The position numbers and the translations under genes were made by a program. This document shows positions 19,684 to 30,403 of a stretch of 64,000 nt of DNA, piece by piece. Within the stretch, counting starts at the first letter, position 1. Each line of letters begins with the position of its first letter. The notes below the pieces were generated by a model that saw only the letters and a program-made list of their open reading frames with translations, was not told where the DNA came from and searched no databases. This stretch comes from an uncultured Candidatus Rokubacteria bacterium (GTDB taxonomy: Bacteria > Methylomirabilota > Methylomirabilia > Rokubacteriales > DASRDR01), in assembly GCA_963708025.1 (NCBI GenBank), contig CAVPSB010000018.1:416001-480000 (forward strand). Direction: 5' to 3'.

Positions 19684-20639
19684 CTACGAGGTCGGCACTC
19701 GCGCCCGGACGTGGTCGGGGACCGGGTAGCGGCGGGTCCACGTGCCCGCCTTGACGACCTGACCCGGAAGGACGCGGCCGACGATCTCCTGGACTCGCCG
19801 GGAGGCGGCGAGGAGCCGCTCCAGGTCGATGCCGGTCGCGACGCCCATGGCCTCGAGGCAGTGGACGAGGTCCTCGGTGCAGACGTTGCCGGAGGCGCCG
19901 GGCGCGAAGGGGCAGCCGCCGAGCCCGCCGATGGAGGCGTCGAAATGCGTGACGCCGCACTCCATGGCGGCCAGGATGTTGGGGATGGCCATCGCCCGGG
20001 TGTCGTGGGTGTGGAGCGTCCAGACGAGGTGCGGCCATTTCGGGATGAGGTGGGCAAAGGCGCGGGCGACCTGGACGGGGTTGGCCATCCCGGTCGTGTC
20101 GGCGAGGCCGATGCCGCGGACGCCGAGGTCGGCCAGCCGCCCGCACAGCCACTCGATCGCGACCCAGCGGGACCTCGCCCTCGAACGGGCAGCCGAACGA
20201 CGGTCGAGATGCCCGCGACGATCGGGATTGGCTTGCCGGCGCGCCCGGCCACCTCGGCCACCGCCCGCAGCCGGGCCAGCGACTCCTCGACGGTCATGTT
20301 GACGTTGGCGAGGTTGTGGCTCTCGCTGGCCGAGATGACCGTCCGCAGCTCGTCGGCGCCGGCGTCGATCGCCCGGACCGCGCCCTTGTCGTTGGGGACC
20401 AGCGCCGAGTAGACGGTGCCCGGCCGCCGGTGGATGCCGGCCATCACCGCCTCGGCGTCCCGCATCTGCGGCACCACCTTGGGGTGGACGAACGAGGTGA
20501 CCTCGATCTGGGGCAGCCCGGCCTCGGCCAGCCGGTCCACCATCTCGATCTTCAGCTCGGTCGGGATGAAGTCGGGCTCGATCTGGAACCCGTCCCGGGT
20601 CCCCACCTCGCAGATGGTCACCTGCTGCGCCAGTCTCAT
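19684..20639 (-). CDS. Hydroxymethylglutaryl-CoA lyase family protein, frameshifted ~20165-20205
   Basis: EVGTRDGFQ, LADTTGMANP, LHTHDT, GLGGCPFAPGASGNVCTED across two frames. Confidence 0.85.
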
Positions 20640-21206
20640 GACCGAGGCCCCAGCACGTCGTCCACCGAGAGCACCCAGTCAGGAAACGCCTCGCAGCCGA
20701 GCCGCTCTCCGCGCGGTCGCCGCTGCGTCTCGGCGTACCGGCCGGTGGCTGGCTGACGATATACCTCGACGGCCTCGGCGTTGAGGTCGACCAGCCAGAC
20801 CTCGGGGATGCCCGCCCGAGCGTAGAGGAGCGTCTTGACCGCGCGATCGTAACCCAGCGAGGTGTCGGCGACCTCGACGACGAGGAATACATCGCGGGGT
20901 TCAGGATGAGCTCGGGCGTAGAAATCGTGGCTGGGCCGCAGGACCATCAGATCGGGCTGGGGTTCGGAATCGGGAGGGATGGAGGCCGGGTTCTGGACGC
21001 TCACGATCGCCCGTTCGCCCAAGCGCACGGATCAGGAGGTGAGAGAGCCGGGTGACGCACGCCGCGTGGCGGCTGCCGATCGGCGTCATCTCCACGATCT
21101 CCCCGTCGATCAGCTCGACGCGGTCGTCCTCCCGGAGAATGCCCGCCTCCCCCATCCGGTGGTACTCGTTGACCGTGAACCGCCGCCGCGCGATCTCGAC
21201 CGCCAT
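20636..21206 (-). CDS. Uma2 family endonuclease, frameshifted ~21025
   Basis: RRFTVNEYHRM, VELIDGEI, PQPDL, VEVADTS..YD..K..LYARAGIPEVWLVD. Confidence 0.85.
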
Positions 21207-21213
21207 GCGCGCC

Positions 21214-22380
21214 TCAGTACGACCGGGGGAGGCCGAGCACGTGCTCGCCGACGTAGGCCAGCACCAGGTTCTGGTTGATGGGCGCCGTCTTGTAGAGCCG
21301 CGCCTCCCGGAACTTCCGCTCCACGTCGTACTCCTCGGCGTAGCCGTAGCCACCGTGGCAGTCGATGCAGGCGTTGGCGGCCTCCCAGGCGGCCTCGGCG
21401 GCCAGGTACTTGGCCATGTTCGCCTCGGGCCCGCACGGCTGACCGGCGTCGAAGAGGGCGGCCGCCTTGCCCCGCATGAGGTCGGCGGCCTCCACCGCCA
21501 TGTGGGCCTTGGCGATGGGGAACTGCACGCCCTGGTTGGCGCCGATCGGGCGCCCGAAGACGACCCGCTGGTTCGCGTAGGCGACGGCCTTCTCGATGAA
21601 CCAGCGGCCGTCCCCCAGCGAGTCGGAGGCCACCAGGATCCGCTCGGCGTTCATGCCGTCCAGGATGTACGCGAAGCCGCGGCCCTCCTCGCCGATCAGG
21701 CTGTCGGCCGGGATCGCCATGTTGTCGAAGAAGAGGGCGTTGGTGGAGTGGTTCATCATCATCCGGAGCGGGCGGATCTCGAGGCCGTTCGCGTGGCGGA
21801 TGTCGACGAGGAACACCGAGAGCCCGTCGGTCTTGCGCTTGACCTGGTCGAGGGGCGTGGTCCGGGCCAGGAGCAGCATGAGGTCGGACTGGAGTACCCG
21901 CGAGATGAAGATCTTCTGGCCGTTCACCACGTAGCGGTCGCCCTGGCGGACGGCGGTGGTCTGGAGCCGGGTGGTGTCGGAGCCGGAGTTGGGCTCGGTG
22001 ACCCCGAACGCCTGGAGCCGCAGCTCGCCGGTGGCGATCTTCGGCAGGTGCGCCTGCTTCTGGGCGGCGCTGCCGTGCCGGAGGAGGGTGCCCATGATGT
22101 ACATCTGGGCGTGACAGGCGGCCGCGTTCCCGCCGCAGGCGTTGATCGTCTCCAGGATGAGGCCGCCCTCGAAGATGCCGAGACCGGCGCCGCCGTACTC
22201 CTGGGGGATCAGCGCGGCCAGGTAGCCGGCCCGGGTCAGCTCGGCGACGAAGGCTTCGGGGTACTCCCGCCTGGCGTCCAGCTCGCGCCAGTACTCGCCG
22301 GGGTACTTCTTGCAGATCTCCGCCACCCCGGCCTTGAGCGCGCGCTGCTCGTCGGTGAGGGTGATGCGCACCGTGGTCAT
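21214..22380 (-). CDS. Acyl-CoA dehydrogenase family protein
   Basis: FGVTEPNSGSD, NGQKIF, HGGYGY, VERKFRE. Confidence 0.94.
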   Translation of the reverse strand: MTTVRITLTDEQRALKAGVAEICKKYPGEYWRELDARREYPEAFVAELTRAGYLAALIPQEYGGAGLGIFEGGLILETINACGGNAAACHAQMYIMGTLLRHGSAAQKQAHLPKIATGELRLQAFGVTEPNSGSDTTRLQTTAVRQGDRYVVNGQKIFISRVLQSDLMLLLARTTPLDQVKRKTDGLSVFLVDIRHANGLEIRPLRMMMNHSTNALFFDNMAIPADSLIGEEGRGFAYILDGMNAERILVASDSLGDGRWFIEKAVAYANQRVVFGRPIGANQGVQFPIAKAHMAVEAADLMRGKAAALFDAGQPCGPEANMAKYLAAEAAWEAANACIDCHGGYGYAEEYDVERKFREARLYKTAPINQNLVLAYVGEHVLGLPRSY

Positions 22381-22482
22381 GGGTGTGTCCCTCGGGTCCC
22401 GCCGCGATTCACCGGACCTGCCGAGGAGACCGTAGCAGAAGCGCTCGGGCCGCGCAACGGCCGCTGCCGTCGAATCGCCGCC

Positions 22483-23831
22483 TCAGGTGGACTCGAGGCG
22501 GTCGAGCCGGGAGCGGCGCACCTGGGCCCTGACGTCGGTCACCGTGTCGCCCTCGACGTCGATCTGCACCTCGTGGTGCTCGACGTCCCAGCGGCTCACG
22601 GCGGTCAGCCAGCCGAAGCTCCGCCGCCGCTGGGGAACCACCCGCCGGCCACGGTAGACCAGCGTGCGAGCCCCGGGTGACCCGAGCTTCTCGAGCACCT
22701 CGACGTCCGCTCCGCCGAGTCGCAGGGCCTCGTCGTGCGTGGTGATGCCGGGGGCGATCCGGGCCAGGGTGTCGCGCGAGAGGATCACGCCGGTCTGCCG
22801 GGCGCCGGGGCCGGGTCGGCCGAACTGCAGGCGCCCCGCCAGCTGCCGGCCCACCCGGCCGGCCAGGCTCCGCACGATGACGGCGGCGAGGTTGCCCAGC
22901 ACGAAGAAGAGCGTGGGAATGAGCACCGGGGCCCAGGACTGGAGGCCCGAGAAGTAGGCGAACTGGACGGTGAGGACCTGGGGCGTGATGCCCTCCGAGG
23001 GGTCGAGGAAGTGGGAGACCACCTCCGTGTTCTCCAGTGACTCGCTCAGCCGCCGGCTGCTCGCGGGCGGCGAGACCTCGTCGATCTTGAGCCGGTCGGC
23101 GCCCGCGAAGTTGACGAGGAGCTGGGACGGCTCGTCGGCCAGCCGGATGAGGCGGTCCCGCTGGTCGAAGTAGATGGGGAAGAGCGCCTCGCTCCGGACG
23201 TCGTTGAAGCTGATGGACAGCAGGTGCCGCCGGCCCTGGACGACGTTCTCGACCCAGCTGGCCTTCTTCGGCCTCAGGAGGTCCGTGACCGTGAGGCGCA
23301 GGGTCATCAGCCAGTCGCGGGTGGTGAGTCGCGGAGTCCACGGGATGCGGACGTAGGTCGCCGGCGCGGTCAGGCCGAACGGCCCACCCGGGCGGACGAA
23401 GGTGACGAAGGGCGCCCCTCCGGCCAGCGGCTCACGCTGGGGCTGGCCACCCGTGGACTGGACCCGCTCGGCGGCCAGCGGCAGCCGGCCCTCGTCGGTG
23501 ACGCCGAGCCCGCGCGCCTCCACGAACCGGGCGAGGGCGGGATCCGGCTTGCCCAGGCTCGCCTCCCCGGTCACCGCGCCGGGCCAGAGGAGATAGAGGT
23601 CCTGACCATCGGGGGCGGCGCCCGGTGGCCAGACGAGGCTCCAGTGGACGTCGATGGTGACGGGCCCGAGCCCGGATCGACGGCCGCGCGGACGAACACC
23701 GGCCCGATGGTGAAACGCGGCTGGGGAGCAGACGCGAGGAAGACCTGGGCGGCGGCGGCGACGGGGACGGTGGCCACGGCCAAGAGGACGAGCGCCGCTG
23801 GGGCGGCGGTGCGGCAGACGGACCGGTGCAC
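22483..23831 (-). CDS. Hypothetical exported/membrane protein with C-terminal BamE/SmpA-like segment, frameshifted ~23670
   Basis: Signal peptide, long soluble domain, one TM, then IAPGITTHDEALRLGG. Confidence 0.55.
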
Positions 23832-23855
23832 CCGCGCTCCCGCCTGCTGCGCTCG

Positions 23856-24110
23856 TTAGAGCTTCTTCAGCGTGATCCCGAGCACCTTGGCCGCCTCGTC
23901 GGCCTTGCCGATCGAGTCGACGTGCCGGCCCTCGGCGTGGAGCTTCCGGGCCTGCTCGACCAGCGCCCGGGCGTTCTTGACCTTCGCGTCGTCGGGGCTC
24001 ATCGTGGCCATGGCGTCGGTGAGCTGCTTGATGAGGAGGGGACACTGGGAGGCGCCGGCGGACGTCACCAGCAGGCCCAGCACCGCGACCGCGATCGCCA
24101 GCTTCTTCAT
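23856..24110 (-). CDS. Small secreted helical protein
   Basis: GAGGAG RBS, signal peptide MKKLAIAVAVLG, CPLLIKQL...ARKLHAEGRH. Confidence 0.7.
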   Translation of the reverse strand: MKKLAIAVAVLGLLVTSAGASQCPLLIKQLTDAMATMSPDDAKVKNARALVEQARKLHAEGRHVDSIGKADEAAKVLGITLKKL

Positions 24111-24309
24111 CGGGTATCGCTCCTCTCGGTTCGGGCCGTTCCGCCCGCTGTGGCGACCCGCCCGTCTCGGGTGACCGAGGCTCTTCCAGTAGGAGTGCCT
24201 CCGCCCCCCACGCATTCATAGTACCTCTGGTTGACGTCCCGGGGATCGTCTGGTACCCCGTGGGACGTTGCCTCTGATTGACATCCGGGGTGGACGGGAC
24301 TGGGATTGA

Positions 24310-25377
<1,068 letters not shown>

Positions 25378-25388
25378 GAACATCGGCA

Positions 25389-25477
25389 GGTCCGGCCCCC
25401 CCCTCCCCCCGGCCACAGGCCGAAGGCCGTCGAAAAGTCGGGGAGGGGGGCTGGGGGGGTGGGCGGGAGGTCCCGAA
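25389..25477 (+). repeat. Palindromic repeat family A copy carrying a family B unit
   Basis: Family A ends with internal CAGGCCGAAGGCCGTC. Confidence 0.75.
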
Positions 25478-25489
25478 CTATCGCCGCCG

Positions 25490-26689
25490 TCAGTCGCTGC
25501 CGAGCTGCACCACGCCGCGGGCGGCGAGGCGCTCGATCTCGGAGTCGGCCAGGCCGAGCCCCCGGAGCACCTCGCGGGTGTGCTCCCCGAGCCGCGGCGG
25601 CGGCCGGCGCGGCGTCGGGCGGACGCCGTCCCACCGGAGGGGCAGCGCCACCGTGGAGAGCTCGGGGATCGTCGGGTGGGGCGTGGGCATCAGCATCTCG
25701 CTCGCCTTCGTCTGGGGGTCGCTGGCCACCGCGTCCAGGGTCTGGATCGGCGCGCAGGTGACGTCGGCGGCGCGCAGCCGCTCGAGGAGCGCGGCGGTGG
25801 AGAGCCGCCGCGTCTCGGCCTCGAGGGCGGGGAGCAGCGCGTCCCGGTGGCGGACCCGGCCCGGGTTGTCGGCGAACCGTGGATCGGCGGCGAGGTCGGG
25901 CCGGCCGAGGGCGCGGCACAGCCGCCCGAACAGCGCGTCCGTTCCCGCCGCGATCATCAGGTAACCGTCGGCGGTGGCGAAGGCCGAGTACGGGACGATG
26001 ATCGCGGTGCCGGAGCCCTGGGGCCCGGGCACCCGGCCGCTCGCCAGGTAGCCGAGGAGCTGGTAGGGGATCCAGGCGAGCGCGGTGTCGAAGAGGGCGG
26101 TCGTGATCTCGACACCCTGCCCCGTCCGGTCGCGCTCGCGCAGGGCCGCCAGGATGGCGATGGCGGCCCACATCCCGGTCCCCATGTTGACGAGCGAGGT
26201 GCCGGCGCGCGTGGGCGGCTGGCCCGGGTAGCCGGTGAGGCTCATCAGCCCCCCGTAGGCCTGCATCATCGGGTCGTAGCCCGGCAGGTCCCGGAGCGGG
26301 CCCCGGGTGCCGAACGGCGTCACCGCGCAGTAGATGAGCCGGACGTTCGCCGCGCGCGCCGCCGCCGCGTCGAGGCCGAGCGCCTCGGCGCCGCCGGGCC
26401 GGAAGCTCTGGATCAGCACGTCGGCCGCCCCGACCAGCCGGGCCAGGATCGGGCGGACCTCGGACGCCTTGAGGTCGAGCGCCACGCTCCGCTTGTTGCG
26501 GTTCAGCGCGAGGTAGCTGGCGCTCTCCGCCCCCCACATCGGCGGCGCCCACGCCCGGCTCTCGTCCCCGCGCCCGGGGCGCTCGACCTTGATCACGTCG
26601 GCGCCCAGGTCCCCCAGGATCTGCGTGCAGAAGGGGCCCGCGACGTTGAGCGTGAGGTCGAGGACGCTGATCCCCGCCAGCGGCGTCAT
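25490..26689 (-). CDS. CaiB/BaiF class III CoA transferase
   Basis: AGPFC..ILGDLGADVIKVERP, NRNKRS, PGYD, PRLGEHT. Confidence 0.93.
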   Translation of the reverse strand: MTPLAGISVLDLTLNVAGPFCTQILGDLGADVIKVERPGRGDESRAWAPPMWGAESASYLALNRNKRSVALDLKASEVRPILARLVGAADVLIQSFRPGGAEALGLDAAAARAANVRLIYCAVTPFGTRGPLRDLPGYDPMMQAYGGLMSLTGYPGQPPTRAGTSLVNMGTGMWAAIAILAALRERDRTGQGVEITTALFDTALAWIPYQLLGYLASGRVPGPQGSGTAIIVPYSAFATADGYLMIAAGTDALFGRLCRALGRPDLAADPRFADNPGRVRHRDALLPALEAETRRLSTAALLERLRAADVTCAPIQTLDAVASDPQTKASEMLMPTPHPTIPELSTVALPLRWDGVRPTPRRPPPRLGEHTREVLRGLGLADSEIERLAARGVVQLGSD

Positions 26690-26795
26690 GACGCGGCCAG
26701 TATAGCCGCCGGCCCCGGGCCGGTGAAAAGGCGCCTTGACCGGCCAGGGCCCGGCGAAGATAATTGGTCGGCCAACCAAGAAAGGAGAGGTCCCG

Positions 26796-27461
26796 GTGAG
26801 CCCCAAGCGCGGCATGGCGCCGATCCGGCAGGCCGAGATCGTGACCGCTACCATCCGCTGCCTGGCCCGCGACGGCTACGCCGGCCTGACGATGAAGCGG
26901 GTGGCGGCCGAGGCCGGCGTGAGCCCCGGCATCCTGCACTACTACTTCCCCGACAAGCGCGCCATCCTGGCCGCCGCGGCCGCGAAGGTCACCAGCGACC
27001 TCGACCGGCGGGTGGCGGCGGCGGCCCGCGGCGCCCGCGACGCGCGGGGGCGACTGCGCGCGCTGATCCGGACGTGCCTGGAGGTGGCCACCCGGGAGCG
27101 CGAGGTCTGGACCGTCTTCATCGAGTTCTGGGGCGAGGCGCTGCACGACCGGGACCTGGCCGCGCTGAACGCCCGGAGCTACGCCCGCGCGCGGCGGCTC
27201 CTGGTCGCGGGGCTGGCGCCGGGGTACACCGACGGGACCTTCCGGGGCCCGGCGGTCCGGGACGCGAGCGTCGTGGTCCTGGCGCTCCTCGACGGGCTCT
27301 CGCTCCAGCTCACGTTCGATCGGAGCCTGATGCCGGTCGCCCGCGCCGCGCGCCTCGCCGAGGCGGCGCTCCTCGGCTACCTGAACGCCGGCCGGCGTCC
27401 GGCGGCGGCGGGTCGGCCGGCGGCGCGCGTCCCGGCCGCCGGCAGAAACGGGAGGTTCGCG
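26796..27461 (+). CDS. TetR/BetI-like transcriptional regulator (no stop before next gene)
   Basis: GYAGLTMKRVAAEAGVSPGILHYYFPDK HTH; frame runs into the DinB gene. Confidence 0.8.
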
Positions 27462-28037
27462 ATGAGTCAGGTGGACGTGGCGTCGCCCGAGCGGATCAGG
27501 ATGCTCGAGTACCTGCGCACGCGCGCGGCGGCGCTCGGGCCGGTGGAGCTCCGCGCGCGCTTCCGCGCCGCGGCCGCCGAGTTCGAGGCGACGCTGGCCG
27601 CGGTGCCGGAGGCCGACGCCCGCCGGTCGCCGCGCGAGGGCGAGTGGAGCGTCGCCCACGTCGCCGATCACCTCGCCCAGACGATGATCCGGTCGGCCGA
27701 CGAGCTGCGCCATCTCCTCGCCGGCCGCCGGCCCCCCGCCCCGCCGGTCTACGACGGGCTCGTCTCGGGGGCGGTGACCTGGGTCCCGTGGGCCGAGCTG
27801 GTCGACGGGGTCCGGGCCGCCGACGCGGAGTTCGACCGGCTGCTCCAGGAGGCCGCCGGGGCCGGGCCGGCGGATGGTCTCACGGTCCGGACGATCCTCG
27901 TGGTGAATCGTCCCGACGGCGAGCCGGAGATCTTCGCGGCCGAGCTCCCCTGGAAGGAGTACGTGCTGGTCCAGCGGCTCCACCTGCTCGACCACCGCAA
28001 CCAGGTGCGGGGGCTGCGGGCGGCGACCGGAAGCTGA
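27462..28037 (+). CDS. DinB family protein
   Basis: GGAGG RBS; EWSVAHVADHL and HLLDH motifs. Confidence 0.75.
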   Translation: MSQVDVASPERIRMLEYLRTRAAALGPVELRARFRAAAAEFEATLAAVPEADARRSPREGEWSVAHVADHLAQTMIRSADELRHLLAGRRPPAPPVYDGLVSGAVTWVPWAELVDGVRAADAEFDRLLQEAAGAGPADGLTVRTILVVNRPDGEPEIFAAELPWKEYVLVQRLHLLDHRNQVRGLRAATGS

Positions 28038-28087
28038 CCCGGATGGTCGCCCTCGCCCCGGCCGGCGCGGTATCATGGGCCGCGTCA

Positions 28088-28719
28088 TGAGCGAGGCGAC
28101 GGTTGGGGGGGTGGCGGGGCGCGTGCTGGACGACCGGACCATTCCGGCGCGCGGGGAGTGGTCCGGCCCGGTGCGGGCCGGACAGATCCTGCGAATCGTG
28201 GACCTCGAGGGTCGCCAGGCCGTCGACTTCCTGTGCTACAGCGCCGCCGACCCCAGCGAGCGCTACAACGCCGCCGACACGCTGAAGCTGGCCGGCACGC
28301 TCTTCGTCACCACGGGCCACGGGCTCTACTCCGACATGGGCCGCCGGCTCTTCACGATCGTCGCCGACACCTGCGGGCGGCACGACACGATCGGCGGCTG
28401 CTGCAGCGCGGAATCGAACCGGCTCCGCTACGGCGTGGAGGGCACGCCGAACTGCCGGGACAACTTCCTGCGGGCCCTCGCCCGGTTCGGCCTCGGCAAG
28501 AAGGACATCGTTGCCAACGTGAACTTCTTCATGAACGTGCCGGTGGGCCCGGACGGCGCGCTCGCCATCGTCAACGGTCTGTCGCGCCCCGGCGACTACG
28601 TGGACCTGCGGGCCGAGATGGACGTGCTGGTCGCCCTGTCGAACTGCCCCCAGATCTACAACCCGTGCAACGGCGGCCGGCCCACGCCGATCCGCCTCGT
28701 GCTCTACGAGCCGGCCTGA
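28088..28719 (+). CDS. DUF1989 urea carboxylase-associated family protein
   Basis: IVDLEGRQAVD, CGRHDTIGGCCS, NFFMNV, SNCPQ..NPCN. Confidence 0.85.
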
Positions 28720-29255
28720 CGCGGCGGGAAGCCCGGAGTGGCCTTGACGCGCCGGAGCTGCTCGAGGTGATCGCCGTCGTGCCGGGCTTGCAGCATCCAC
28801 CATTGCCCCAGGTTGAGGTCCCCGAAGGCGAAGTGGCGCCACGTGAGCGGCCGGGGATCGATCCCGCCTAGCCGCTCGATCGACTGGCGGCTCCGCTCGC
28901 GCGCCGCCCGCATGTCGGCCAGCAGCCCGTCGATCGGGCGGCCGGCTTCCGGGCGGACGATCGGGGGCGCCTCGCGGGGACCGGGGGGCCACGGCGGGAT
29001 CGGCGCGAACGCGCCGAGATCGGGGGGGAACGGCCGGAGGGCATCCCCGGCATCCTTCAGCAGCTTGGAGGTGAGCTTCCCGGTCGCGATCTCGGCCAGG
29101 GTGAGGTGGTGGAGGATCTCGCCCACCGACCAGTCCTGCTGACTGGCCCGCCAGTCGGCCTGCGCCTGGGAGAGCCTGGTGACCTCCTGCAGGACTTCGG
29201 CGCGCACGGCTTCGAGCTCGCGCCAGAGGGTCTCGACGGGTGGCGGTAGCGGCAT
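28704..29255 (-). CDS. DinB family protein
   Basis: WSVGEILHHL, HFAFG, HDGDHLEQ. Confidence 0.82.
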   Translation of the reverse strand: MPLPPPVETLWRELEAVRAEVLQEVTRLSQAQADWRASQQDWSVGEILHHLTLAEIATGKLTSKLLKDAGDALRPFPPDLGAFAPIPPWPPGPREAPPIVRPEAGRPIDGLLADMRAARERSRQSIERLGGIDPRPLTWRHFAFGDLNLGQWWMLQARHDGDHLEQLRRVKATPGFPPRQAGS

Positions 29256-29272
29256 CGGTGTCTCCTTTCCCC

Positions 29273-29806
29273 CTACCGGGTCTCCAGGAGATCGAGGATG
29301 AGCGCCCGGGCCGCCGGGCTCTCCCAGGGGCGCGGCCCGACGATCCGGCCGACGAGCCGGCCCTGCCGGTCGATCAGGTACGAGGTCGGCGTGCCCCAGA
29401 CCCCGTAGGTCTTGCCGGTCACGTCCCCGCTCCGGTCCAGGAGCACCGGGGCCGTGTAGCCCCGCTCCTGGACCGTCCGCTTCACCAGCCCGGGGTCCTC
29501 ACGGAAGCTGACGAGCAGGACCTCGAGCCCCCGGGCCTTCAGGTCGCCGTACAGCCGGTTGACGGAAGGCAACTCCTTCCGGCAGTCCGGTCACCAGGTC
29601 GCCCAGAAGAAGAGCAGGACGACCTTGCCTCGCTGGTCCGCCAGCCGCACGGTCTTCCCGTCCAGGTCCGGCAGCGCGAGCTCCGGCGCCGGCTTCGGGG
29701 AATCGTAGGGCTGGACCTGCAGGGCGGCGAAGTCCGGCGCCGCCTCCAGCGCCACCGTGACGGCGAGGACCGCGACGAGGGCGCTGGCGGCGACGCGTGA
29801 CCTCAT
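29273..29806 (-). CDS. TlpA/ResA-like thiol-disulfide oxidoreductase, probable selenoprotein (UxxC)
   Basis: GKVVLLFFWATW-TGA(29591-29593)-PDCRKELP...GTPTSYLIDRQG in frame; ATGA-coupled to the upstream Prx. Confidence 0.85.
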
Positions 29807-30354
29807 CCGGCCACCTGGCGAAGCGCCTGCAAGACCTCGTCCGGCTTCAGGAGGTCGAGCGCGTTTTCCTGGATCTTCATCCACCGCACCACGCCGTCCT
29901 TGTCCAGGATGAAGTAGGCGCGCCGGCCGTAGCGGAAGATCGGGCTCTTCTCGTCGGTCACCATGGCGCCGTACGCCGGGAGCATCTGGCGACGGAAATC
30001 GGAGAGTACGAGGTGCTTGAGATTCTGCTGCTTGCTGAAGGCATCGAGCGTCGCCGCGTGGTCCGCGCTCACGCCCACGACCTGGGCTCGCAGGGCCTCG
30101 AACTGCGGCAGGGCCGCCTCGAAGCCCATGATCTCCTGGGTTCAGGTGCCGGTGAAGGCCTGGATGAAGGTGTAGATGACCACCGGGCCCTTGCCGGTCA
30201 GGTCGGCGAGCTTCACCTGCTTGCCGCCCGGGGCGGCCAGCGTGAAGTCGGGGGCCTTGTCGCCGACCTGGAGCGCGTGGGCCGGTCCCGTCAGGGCGAG
30301 CACGGCCAGCGTTCCGAGGAGGGCGGCGGTCAGCCGTCGTCGTGGTGAGCGCAT
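29803..30354 (-). CDS. Exported AhpC/TSA peroxiredoxin, probable selenoprotein (TxxU)
   Basis: VGDKAPDFTL...QAFTGT-TGA(30142-30144)-TQEI...VVGVSAD...LSDF...RAYFILDKDG in frame. Confidence 0.85.
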
Positions 30355-30403
30355 GATGCCTCCTTGGTGCGATTGTGTGGCGGGTAGGACGGGTTACGTT
30401 ACC

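Noticed and set aside
18378-20639. 753-aa HMG-CoA lyase-SBP fusion in the ORF track
   Set aside because: Artefact of a frameshift; the lyase C-terminus is in another frame and the SBP has its own RBS and signal peptide
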